Below, piece by piece: positions 1 through 6,015 of a stretch of DNA of 41,528 nt. The notes below the pieces were generated by a model, which saw nothing but the letters and a program-made list of their open reading frames with translations, had not been told where the DNA came from and searched no databases. The stretch is from a virus: IMG/VR virus record IMGVR_UViG_3300042945_000290. The stretch is one strand, 5' to 3'. Position numbers and translations under genes: made by a program. The first letter of the stretch is position 1. The number at the start of each line of letters is the position of its first letter.

Positions 1-127
1 TCATTGGCTATCTTAACTTCGTTAGGTAGCTCGAGCACCATGTATACCTGCGCTCCACCTTTAACCTCACCAGCAAATGCATACCTTGCATCTCCTGAAT
101 CAACCAGTGCATCTAGACCTGAGAACA
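1..127. repeat. Terminal direct repeat, copy 1 (identical to 41402..41528); circular-assembly overlap
   Basis: Direct comparison shows 1..127 reads identically to 41402..41528. A minus-strand reading frame continues through the junction without a stop. Confidence 0.95.
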
Positions 128-398
128 TCTCATCATTCTGAAACACCTTGTATCTACCACCGACAGTGCCAAGCACTGACTGTGTTGCGTCCTTATTAGT
201 ACGGACAGTTGCGAATGTTGATGGTACTTCGAGGGTATTAACACCATCATTCGATACGGCTAACGCTTGTACGTCAGCCAGTTGTACATGCCAGTCAAGA
301 CCAGCCTGTTGTGCTGCATCTCGTGCAGATGTAGCGGTGACTGCCTCACCTATGATGCTGTAAGCATTACGGCGAGAGCGGATTGTTTGTTGTGTCAT
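1..398 (-). CDS. DUF932-like phage/plasmid protein, N-terminal part (gene wraps the circular junction into 40819..41528)
   Basis: ATG at 398..396 with GGAG-type RBS (revcomp aggagaaacacaATG). I translated it by hand: MTQQTIRSRRNAYSIIGEAVTATSARDAAQQAGLDWHVQLADV...VRTNKDATQSVLGTVGGRYKVFQNDEMF, with no stop down to base 1. It is in frame with the MVLELPNEV ORF via the repeat, giving about 326 aa in total. The ORF track omits it because it is open at the window edge. Confidence 0.7.
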   Translation of the reverse strand, partial: MTQQTIRSRRNAYSIIGEAVTATSARDAAQQAGLDWHVQLADVQALAVSNDGVNTLEVPSTFATVRTNKDATQSVLGTVGGRYKVFQNDEMFSGLDALVDSGDARYAFAGEVKGGAQVYMVLELPNEVKIAN

Positions 399-436
399 TG
401 TGTTTCTCCTATTCGTTTGGTTGTGGGATTAGTATC

Positions 437-691
437 TCATATACGGCTGTTGAAATCAACAACTGCATCTGAGAGTTGGTCATGATAATGACCATTGCTG
501 CAACGGATTGACCCCTCTTCCGAGCGGGCAAACCATGTTACATACGGATCGGATATCCGTGTGTGGGGTTGTGATTGGGTGTCATTAATCCACAGGCATA
601 GGACAATTGAACCTGAGTTATCCCATGCCTGCTTGCAGTCTATGACAACGGCTCCGTTGTCACAGACATCTCCTCTGTTTATTGCTGTCAC
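437..691 (-). CDS. hypothetical protein (84 aa, several Cys/His)
   Basis: GTG start overlaps the upstream stop (GTGA). It is on the same strand as the operon. Confidence 0.5.
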   Translation of the reverse strand: MTAINRGDVCDNGAVVIDCKQAWDNSGSIVLCLWINDTQSQPHTRISDPYVTWFARSEEGSIRCSNGHYHDQLSDAVVDFNSRI

Positions 692-909
692 TTAACTACA
701 CCTGCTTTCTTTAGTCGTTCATCTACAATGAAGGCTGTATTGTCATAACTCTGAGCACCTTCACCATCTGCACCTTCTAGCCACAAGATTACATTCTTGT
801 GTCTAATGGTTGAGCCACTACCATACAAGCTCATGAGTAATGCACCTGCTTCATACTCATATATATCAGCGATTACCTGACCACTTGGGTCATGTACTTT
901 TAACTTCAT
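688..909 (-). CDS. hypothetical protein (73 aa)
   Basis: I chose the internal ATG at 909: AAGGAG RBS upstream and an ATGA overlap with the stop of the 906..1100 gene. Confidence 0.7.
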   Translation of the reverse strand: MKLKVHDPSGQVIADIYEYEAGALLMSLYGSGSTIRHKNVILWLEGADGEGAQSYDNTAFIVDERLKKAGVVK

Positions 910-1100
910 TCGCTTGCTCCTTTCTCTGACATAGGACGCACTGTTGCACCCCATGTTTTCGTTCCTTGCTGGATCATGATTTCTTGCTTGCGTCTTGCTT
1001 CAGCCCGAAGGCTTGTTGCTTTTTCAAACAATCCATGAGCCATGTCCTCGGCTTGATTAGCCAAGTTCAACAACTCAATTGGATTCATATCTTCATTCAT
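906..1100 (-). CDS. hypothetical protein (64 aa)
   Basis: AAGGAG RBS upstream of the ATG at 1100. Confidence 0.75.
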   Translation of the reverse strand: MNEDMNPIELLNLANQAEDMAHGLFEKATSLRAEARRKQEIMIQQGTKTWGATVRPMSEKGASE

Positions 1101-1132
1101 TTGGTTCTCCTTTCGGTTGGTGTTGCTGCCAT

Positions 1133-1163
1133 ATATCTAAACAGATCTTTGATCTGTTATCAA
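1133..1163 (-). promoter_or_regulatory. Early-operon palindromic motif, site 1 (candidate promoter/operator)
   Basis: Perfect palindrome ACAGATC-TTT-GATCTGT at 1141..1157. On the minus strand it is flanked by TTGATA upstream and TAGATAT downstream, and lies about 33 nt upstream of the ATG at 1100. It is similar over about 45 nt to site 3. Confidence 0.45.
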
Positions 1164-1454
1164 TGAAAGACTGGTGCGCCCCACATAACGAGGGTGACCC
1201 CATGATTCGAGCATGCTATCGCTTGTCTTATGGTCATCAAGCAGGGCATCAGTTATATTACATACCTCTTCTGGAAACTTGTGCCAGTTATCAGCGTTGT
1301 AATTGAACTCTCCACCTGTGGGTGGGAGGATACGTGCATCTATGTCTACGACTTGGGCTGTGCCGTCCTCGTATTCTTCCAACTCACCCCATAGGTGGAT
1401 GCCCCACTCCTTACCATCAACTGTTATCCAGTTGTATTGTGTTATGTCAGTCAT
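1137..1454 (-). CDS. hypothetical protein (105 aa)
   Basis: AAGGAG RBS and an 8-nt overlap with the upstream gene. The last 7 codons overlap palindromic motif site 1. Confidence 0.75.
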   Translation of the reverse strand: MTDITQYNWITVDGKEWGIHLWGELEEYEDGTAQVVDIDARILPPTGGEFNYNADNWHKFPEEVCNITDALLDDHKTSDSMLESWGHPRYVGRTSLSLITDQRSV

Positions 1455-1752
1455 TATCTATCTCCTTTACTAGTTGGTTATCCTTGAGATACTCAAGGGT
1501 AAGTTCGTCGATAGTTTCGTAGTCCAATCCGTAGAAGTGTTGACCCATATCTACGAACCAATTGTCTTTGACAATTTTATCGAAGGCTTCTTCACGAGTG
1601 GACAATAGGGTTAGGTCATGTAGTTCAGGTCGCTTGTATATATCCTCAAGCGTTTGCCATATGGCAAGGTCTTGCATCCCTAACCTTTTATAGTAACTGG
1701 TGTAATTAGATAGCGTTGTTTCTACTTGCGTGATCATAAATGATGCTTCCAT
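1447..1752 (-). CDS. hypothetical protein (101 aa)
   Basis: GAGG RBS upstream of the ATG at 1752. Operon context. Confidence 0.75.
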   Translation of the reverse strand: MEASFMITQVETTLSNYTSYYKRLGMQDLAIWQTLEDIYKRPELHDLTLLSTREEAFDKIVKDNWFVDMGQHFYGLDYETIDELTLEYLKDNQLVKEIDND

Positions 1753-1760
1753 TTGTTACC

Positions 1761-2483
1761 TCATTTCTTGGTTGAACTGAATCGGATATCGGCTTTGCCG
1801 AATACACATAGCCCGCAGCTAACACAGGCTGACCCACTGGTAGAGATGAGTGGGATTTGCTTGGTCAATGCTGGACATTTAGCACCGACCTTGCCAGTGA
1901 TGCGAAGCATTTCATCCTCCGCATTTGCGAATGTATCTGACAGCCACGCTAGTTTAGTGTCTGTCTCACGCCGAACTTGTTCGGCAATGTGTTTGTTCTC
2001 TTTGTCTGCACTGTAATACAGTGACAGATTGTCGAGACCAGAGAGTGAGTAAGCAGCAGATCGCACTCGTGTGTAGCACCAGAACTGCACGTCCTCATGC
2101 ATCATGATTACTTTCTGCCATGCATACTCATATGTTTGGTTGAAGAAGTCGCCGTCCCAGTGGATGCGGAATAACTTCGGGGCATTCCGTTTCTCACAGT
2201 CCTTGACGAAGTCATTGATCATGTCGTCAAGTAGTTCAACCATTTGGTTGATGTCAGCGTCCTTCAATAGTTGCCAGTTGTGAAGCAACACTTGCTTCAC
2301 TCCCTTATATACACGCTCGAGCTTGCCTGCATAGCAGACCTTCTCGCATACTGAAGTGGCTTCAGGACAGGAGAACTGCTTGCCTGCTGGTAACCCGAAA
2401 GCATTAGCAATTGCTGGCGTCTTGCCACTTCTTGCTACTAGGTTGGTGACCTTGCGGTCTTTACTTCTAATCAGCGATAGCAT
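1761..2483 (-). CDS. Cys-rich hypothetical protein (240 aa), possibly GP88-like family
   Basis: N-terminal LPAGKQFSCPEATSVCEKVCYAG and C-terminal CPAL...SACVSCGLC cysteine clusters. Size and pattern resemble the actinophage GP88 family as I recall it; this is not verified. Confidence 0.55.
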   Translation of the reverse strand: MLSLIRSKDRKVTNLVARSGKTPAIANAFGLPAGKQFSCPEATSVCEKVCYAGKLERVYKGVKQVLLHNWQLLKDADINQMVELLDDMINDFVKDCEKRNAPKLFRIHWDGDFFNQTYEYAWQKVIMMHEDVQFWCYTRVRSAAYSLSGLDNLSLYYSADKENKHIAEQVRRETDTKLAWLSDTFANAEDEMLRITGKVGAKCPALTKQIPLISTSGSACVSCGLCVFGKADIRFSSTKK

Positions 2484-2515
2484 TCCGTTCCTTTCTGTTG
2501 GTTAGTTGTTGCCCT

Positions 2516-2550
2516 ATATTTAAAGCACATCTTTGATGTGCTATTTATTG
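2516..2550 (-). promoter_or_regulatory. Early-operon palindromic motif, site 2 (candidate promoter/operator)
   Basis: Perfect palindrome GCACATC-TTT-GATGTGC at 2525..2541. On the minus strand TAAATAT follows it, 33 nt upstream of the ATG at 2483. Confidence 0.45.
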
Positions 2551-2765
2551 CGGATAGCCCACATCATGTCGTCCGCATAGCGTCGGCTATCAGCCCATGC
2601 ATTCTCTCCATAAAAGTATTTGGTTCTAATGTTAGAACCACCTACCTTGAAGAAGAAGTCGTCGATATCAGCAGTGAATACTTGGACATACTCATTGCCG
2701 TTCTCGTGTGGGATCCATTGCTTAACCTCACCTACCTTTGGCTTTGTTAATCGTGATTTATACAT
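2541..2765 (-). CDS. hypothetical protein (74 aa)
   Basis: GGAGG RBS. Operon context. Confidence 0.75.
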   Translation of the reverse strand: MYKSRLTKPKVGEVKQWIPHENGNEYVQVFTADIDDFFFKVGGSNIRTKYFYGENAWADSRRYADDMMWAIRNK

Positions 2766-2925
2766 TGCCTTCCTCCTCTCCTTCTACATAGCCTTCGGCT
2801 AGTAGTCCTTCGAAAAAGTCCCATACTTTTAGCAGACTTATCCTGTCTTGTTCGTTGGCTACACTTAAAGCACGATTGAGTGCGCCACCAAACTCTTGTA
2901 TGTCCTTATACTTGTAGCCCATCAT
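2758..2925 (-). CDS. small hypothetical protein (55 aa, not in ORF track)
   Basis: Hand translation gives MMGYKYKDIQEFGGALNRALSVANEQDRISLLKVWDFFEGLLAEGYVEGEEEGNV. It has an AAGGAGG RBS, an ATGA overlap with the upstream stop, and fills an otherwise empty 157-nt gap. Confidence 0.55.
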   Translation of the reverse strand: MMGYKYKDIQEFGGALNRALSVANEQDRISLLKVWDFFEGLLAEGYVEGEEEGNV

Positions 2926-3119
2926 GATTGCTCCTCCTTAAAGTCGCCTTCTCTTAGGCGAGTGATTACTTCATCAACAATTTCATTGTAGAAATTGTCT
3001 GTTCGTCCTTGTATTTCATCTATTGCTGAGGATAATTCATCCTCACTAGGCATAGTTGCCTCATCTTCGAACTCGCTCTCGAATAGATAGAGCAGTTGTG
3101 CGTTGGTCATATCACACAT
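2922..3119 (-). CDS. small highly acidic hypothetical protein (65 aa)
   Basis: AAGGAG RBS 7 nt upstream and an 8-nt overlap with the upstream gene. The sequence is Asp/Glu-rich. Confidence 0.7.
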   Translation of the reverse strand: MCDMTNAQLLYLFESEFEDEATMPSEDELSSAIDEIQGRTDNFYNEIVDEVITRLREGDFKEEQS

Positions 3120-3747
3120 TGGCTTTCTCCTTATCTTCTATGGCGTAGCCATTGGCTTCGCACTTGTGTTGGTGTTCATCTTCGTCATACTCATTCCAGT
3201 ATTCCTCGCCGTGTTCCCATTGCTTGCCACATGCGTAGCATTTCTGGGCGAACTCGTTGATTGTTTGACATACACCATTGGTGAACTCAAGTTCACCACC
3301 CCAGCCTGTCTCTTCCTCAAAGTCAAGGTTGAAACTGACATCAGGGTATTGCTCTGAAAGAGCAGTCAATGCTCCTTCAGCAACACCCCAAGGGGTATGG
3401 AATTGGTATTGAAGTGAGGTCTCGTCCGCTTCCGTGAGCTCGCACTCACTGGCGTCCCACTTGACACCCCAATTGTTTATGTTCCAGTTATACCAATTGA
3501 ACTCAGTATCTCCGACCTTTCCGTCTGCGGTATAGCCGTGAGTGCCGTGATACTCACCGAGTTTCTCGGCAGGTGGGCGAATGATGTTCCAAAAAGATAA
3601 ATCTTTTTGAACAGTTTCAGTTATCCACTCATCAGAAGGAAACTTCTGATAGGTAGATTCATAAGGCGCAGATAACTGCGCCTTAATCTTGGCGATTACT
3701 TGAGGCTCAGCCTCAATTAGTAGTGTGTTGTAGCACCAGTTAGGCAT
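3112..3747 (-). CDS. DUF1281/Api92-like ferredoxin-fold protein (211 aa)
   Basis: The N-terminal MPNWCYNTL and internal NNWGVKWDA motifs are characteristic of that family as I recall it. The C-terminal part contains a CYACGK motif and an acidic, His-rich tail. Confidence 0.55.
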   Translation of the reverse strand: MPNWCYNTLLIEAEPQVIAKIKAQLSAPYESTYQKFPSDEWITETVQKDLSFWNIIRPPAEKLGEYHGTHGYTADGKVGDTEFNWYNWNINNWGVKWDASECELTEADETSLQYQFHTPWGVAEGALTALSEQYPDVSFNLDFEEETGWGGELEFTNGVCQTINEFAQKCYACGKQWEHGEEYWNEYDEDEHQHKCEANGYAIEDKEKANV

Positions 3748-4105
3748 TTTGGTATTCCCCTTTCGCTAGTCCATACTTTACGAATGTATCAAAGGCAACT
3801 CCGTCAACAGTTTTCTTGACGAAGTCAATCTCTACGGACAGATCCCATGTAGGTGGGGTGTCTGTGATTGCGTAGATACCGAAGCCAAGTAATGACTTCC
3901 ATTGTTCTCCAATTAAATTGGAGATGACGATACGAGTGGCATAAGAAGGGTCATCCCAGCGTGGCTCTGCTACAGACAGAGCGCAAGCCAAGTCAACCTC
4001 CCATGTATCTGCCCCCCAGTGTGAGTAAAGCACCACCTTTGGTGATGCTGGTTCTCCGATTGCTGACTCATCTTCATTGAAGATGAAGTTAACTCTTGCT
4101 CCCAT
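3740..4105 (-). CDS. hypothetical protein (121 aa)
   Basis: AAGGAG RBS. Operon context. Confidence 0.8.
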   Translation of the reverse strand: MGARVNFIFNEDESAIGEPASPKVVLYSHWGADTWEVDLACALSVAEPRWDDPSYATRIVISNLIGEQWKSLLGFGIYAITDTPPTWDLSVEIDFVKKTVDGVAFDTFVKYGLAKGEYQNA

Positions 4106-4107
4106 GT

Positions 4108-4335
4108 TTATTTCTCCTTTGCTAGTCGTGATTTGGCTTCGTATATTGCTTGCTCTATTGCATAACGCATGTCTGATAGTTCGTATCTATCGAAGATAGC
4201 GTTGGCTAACTCCCATTCTTCGGTAGTTAGAGTGTCGCCTTCGTAGGTCATGTCCTCTTGGTCATACCATTGGCAGGCGATTTCAGCATTAGGGTCTAAC
4301 TCCTGTAGGAGTTTGATTGCGTTTGCTACTATCAT
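4108..4335 (-). CDS. hypothetical protein (75 aa)
   Basis: GGAGG RBS. The start directly abuts the upstream stop. Confidence 0.8.
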   Translation of the reverse strand: MIVANAIKLLQELDPNAEIACQWYDQEDMTYEGDTLTTEEWELANAIFDRYELSDMRYAIEQAIYEAKSRLAKEK

Positions 4336-4569
4336 TTATTCCTCCTCATCTTCGCAACTGCCGAACAACTCTTGCCAGCAGGTATCACATGTGCCAGAGA
4401 TAAGCAATTCCCTATCTCCGATAGAGAGATTAGGGAAGATGTCTTGCATGAACATGCGCTCGCTGCGAGGCTTGTTCATTTCTATGACTTGCCATTCCTC
4501 GCACTGAATGTGTGAGGTGTTTCCGCAGAGACGGCAGTCAACTGCGAGGTCAATGATTAGTGCGGTCAT
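4336..4569 (-). CDS. small zinc-ribbon-like protein (77 aa)
   Basis: I chose the internal ATG at 4569 with an AAGGAG RBS. CRLC...C and CDTC cysteine pairs are present. The longer track ORF would read through the terminator hairpins. Confidence 0.65.
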   Translation of the reverse strand: MTALIIDLAVDCRLCGNTSHIQCEEWQVIEMNKPRSERMFMQDIFPNLSIGDRELLISGTCDTCWQELFGSCEDEEE

Positions 4570-4590
4570 TTGTTGCTCCTTTCTAAGCGA

Positions 4591-4622
4591 CAAAAGAGGG
4601 GTCAGCGATTTGCCGACCCCCC
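4591..4622 (-). terminator. Rho-independent terminator inside the leftward operon
   Basis: The minus strand reads GGGGTCGGC-aaatc-GCTGACCCC (9-bp stem with one G-U) followed by TCTTTTGT. Confidence 0.65.
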
Positions 4623-4628
4623 TTAATA

Positions 4629-4647
4629 AGCAGACTTTCAGTCTGCT
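4629..4647 (-). terminator. Upstream tandem hairpin
   Basis: Perfect 8-bp stem AGCAGACT-gaa-AGTCTGCT starting at the stop codon of the 42-aa ORF, followed by TATT. Confidence 0.4.
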
Positions 4648-4774
4648 ATCTTTGACGAGCGAGCCACTCACGGACTGCCCGACGAGCGACGAGCATGCCT
4701 AGAGTAAAGCCACTCATAAACAAAGCGATTGCAATAGCAATCAAGTCTGTGTAAAGCAGTGGTAATGTAGTCAT
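4646..4774 (-). CDS. small membrane peptide (42 aa, not in ORF track)
   Basis: Hand translation gives MTTLPLLYTDLIAIAIALFMSGFTLGMLVARRAVREWLARQR, with one hydrophobic helix and a basic tail. TAATG overlap with the upstream gene. Confidence 0.45.
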   Translation of the reverse strand: MTTLPLLYTDLIAIAIALFMSGFTLGMLVARRAVREWLARQR

Positions 4775-5019
4775 TAGGCGACACTTCCTTTCAGGGTTAG
4801 GTAAGCCTTTGGCTCAACCTTGGCTATCTCGCTTGATACAAGCGTGAAGTTTGGATAAGCCTTGAATGATGCTAGAATTGCCTCAATCTTCTTAGAAGAT
4901 TTGGCGGTGTTGGTAGTGATGCGAACCTTGGCGAAGACACGCTTGTCATCTGCCTTGGCTATGTGAATTACGCCGTTCTTTACGACACCGACTAGTGTCT
5001 TAGTTTCAACTGTTCTCAT
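4774..5019 (-). CDS. hypothetical basic protein (81 aa), first gene of the leftward operon
   Basis: First ORF downstream of motif site 3, with a weak RBS. Confidence 0.7.
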   Translation of the reverse strand: MRTVETKTLVGVVKNGVIHIAKADDKRVFAKVRITTNTAKSSKKIEAILASFKAYPNFTLVSSEIAKVEPKAYLTLKGSVA

Positions 5020-5058
5020 TGTCGTTCCAATCTGCCTTTCGGGATTTCCTATTCGGCG

Positions 5059-5096
5059 ACATCTATCAAAGCAAATCTTTGATTTGCTATCAAAGA
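5059..5096 (-). promoter_or_regulatory. Early-operon palindromic motif, site 3 (candidate leftward promoter/operator)
   Basis: Perfect palindrome GCAAATC-TTT-GATTTGC at 5071..5087, flanked by direct CTATCAAAG copies (5063..5071 and 5088..5096). On the minus strand TTGATA lies upstream and TAGATGT downstream, 40 nt from the ATG at 5019. Confidence 0.5.
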
Positions 5097-5110
5097 AAGA
5101 CAGGCGTGAT

Positions 5111-5122
5111 CACGAGCTCGTG
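5111..5122. promoter_or_regulatory. Perfect 12-bp palindrome CACGAGCTCGTG in the divergent control region
   Basis: Read directly. It lies between the leftward and rightward promoter candidates. Confidence 0.4.
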
Positions 5123-5161
5123 CGTCATGCGCTCGTAATAGCCCATCCGCTATGAAGCCAT

Positions 5162-5203
5162 CGCCCGCCCCCAGAGCGGGCGCATAACGCCCGCACAGGG
5201 CGT
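5162..5203. other. GC-rich cluster of mutually exclusive hairpins
   Basis: CGCCCGC(5162-68)/GCGGGCG(5176-82), GCGGGCG(5176-82)/CGCCCGC(5188-94) and ACGCCC(5187-92)/GGGCGT(5198-5203) share arms, so they cannot all form at once. Confidence 0.5.
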
Positions 5204-5207
5204 ATGT

Positions 5208-5233
5208 GGTGTGTGTATGGGGTGTGTGTATGT
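5208..5233. repeat. Tandem 13-nt GT-rich direct repeat (GGTGTGTGTATGG x2)
   Basis: GGTGTGTGTATG at 5208..5219 and again at 5221..5232. Confidence 0.8.
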
Positions 5234-5274
5234 GTGCTTGGTGAGCCGACATGCCGTTCATTTACGCTCAGTGT

Positions 5275-5303
5275 TTGACATTGGGCTGAATGTATGAGAT
5301 AAT
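5275..5303 (+). promoter_or_regulatory. Near-consensus sigma70/SigA-type promoter (rightward)
   Basis: TTGACA (5275..5280), a 17-nt spacer, then GATAAT (5298..5303) preceded by TG-a (extended -10). It sits about 45 nt upstream of the ATG at 5351. Confidence 0.7.
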
Positions 5304-5350
5304 TCTCGGTGTTGGTTGAGGTGGTCTCAACAACAGTCTGAAAGGACAGC

Positions 5351-5617
5351 ATGATGAATACATACGCAAATGAAGACCTATTCGCAGACCTAACCGCAGA
5401 GATTGCGGAGGTTAGAGCGTTCTATAATGTGCCTACGCTGGAGCATGTGCCTGACTTCGAACTCAGTTCACTATCCCACGCACACGCAGGCGACCTAGTT
5501 CGCAAAGGTAAGCATGTTGGTATCGTGTTTGATGTAATCGCATGCGGAGGTAATGAGGCTCTTCGCATAGTGTTCAATAGTGGGCGCACTACTACACACA
5601 CACGCAAGCCTCTATAG
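5351..5617 (+). CDS. hypothetical protein (88 aa), stand-alone transcription unit
   Basis: AAAGGA RBS. The gene is bracketed by the consensus promoter and two terminators. Confidence 0.7.
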   Translation: MMNTYANEDLFADLTAEIAEVRAFYNVPTLEHVPDFELSSLSHAHAGDLVRKGKHVGIVFDVIACGGNEALRIVFNSGRTTTHTRKPL

Positions 5618-5631
5618 ATAGTTAGGCGAAG

Positions 5632-5664
5632 CCCTGCGCTCAGTAGCATGAGCGTGGGGTTTTG
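5632..5664 (+). terminator. Rho-independent terminator 1
   Basis: CCCTGCGCTCA-gtagca-TGAGCGTGGGG (11 bp with two G-U pairs) followed by TTTTG. Confidence 0.6.
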
Positions 5665-5689
5665 TCAAGTTTGAGCGTCAAATACGCTG

Positions 5690-5719
5690 GGGCAGGGGGC
5701 AACCTCTGCCCTTTTTTTT
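5690..5719 (+). terminator. Rho-independent terminator 2
   Basis: GGGCAGGGG-gcaa-CCTCTGCCC stem followed by T8. Confidence 0.85.
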
Positions 5720-5739
5720 GTGTCCGCAACCCTATGCGA

Positions 5740-5777
5740 CCCCCCTGTTGTTTAACACCGCCCCCCACCCCCACCCC
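5740..5777. other. C-run cluster (C6, C6, C5, C4), potentially G-quadruplex-forming on the minus strand
   Basis: gaCCCCCCtg...gCCCCCCaCCCCCaCCCCa read directly. It is conspicuous because the rest of the genome is not GC-rich. Confidence 0.6.
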
Positions 5778-5883
5778 ACTATCAGCTAAATAATTTTCAC
5801 CAGAAGTAGGCTCTGACCTGCACTTTTGTTACACCAAGAAAAAAACTTTTAATTTGCTCTTGAAACACGCCGACGCTCTAGAC

Positions 5884-5901
5884 CCCTATATAAGTATAGG
5901 G
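5884..5901. other. Hairpin CCCTATA-taag-TATAGGG in the pre-terminase region
   Basis: Perfect 7-bp inverted repeat that overlaps one GACCCCT copy. Confidence 0.6.
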
Positions 5902-5924
5902 CGAATGCTAATGAGCCCCCAGAA

Positions 5925-5943
5925 GGCGGGCAATAAGCCCGCC
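5925..5943. other. Hairpin GGCGGGC-aataa-GCCCGCC in the pre-terminase region
   Basis: Perfect 7-bp inverted repeat, followed by the 10-bp palindrome TAAGTACTTA (5946..5955). Confidence 0.6.
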
Positions 5944-6015
5944 AGTAAGTACTTATATGCAATAGTGGGGATACTTCTGTCCAGACCCCTGTGGACCCCT
6001 ACAGGCACTGGAGGA

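Noticed and set aside
1-127. The 127-bp identical ends as genuine phage direct terminal repeats
   Set aside because: The exact length of 127 is typical of a de Bruijn k-mer overlap from a circularised contig. A gene also reads through the junction. I treat it as an assembly overlap unless read-coverage data say otherwise.
406-419. The 14-mer CTCCTATTCGTTTG shared between 406..419 and 39925..39938 (both just upstream of minus-strand start codons)
   Set aside because: A few 14-mer coincidences are expected by chance in about 41 kb. One copy is inside coding sequence, and the shared part is largely the SD context.
3103-3357. The hydrophobic 84-aa plus-strand ORF and the 67-aa minus-strand ORF (3138..3341) inside the Api92-like gene
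   Set aside because: They overlap a well-supported minus-strand gene, have no RBS, and are the only plus-strand candidates in the early block.
5049-5352. Minus-strand ORFs 5049..5261 and 5125..5352 in the divergent control region
   Set aside because: The products are His/Thr/Ala/Arg-biased and derive from GT repeats and GC hairpins. They have no RBS and would overlap the promoter/operator elements.
5854-6015. The TTG-5854 N-terminal extension of the terminase ORF
   Set aside because: It would translate through two perfect hairpins, a 10-bp palindrome and the GACCCCT repeats. The recognisable HTH begins just after the ATG at 6016. The start remains uncertain.
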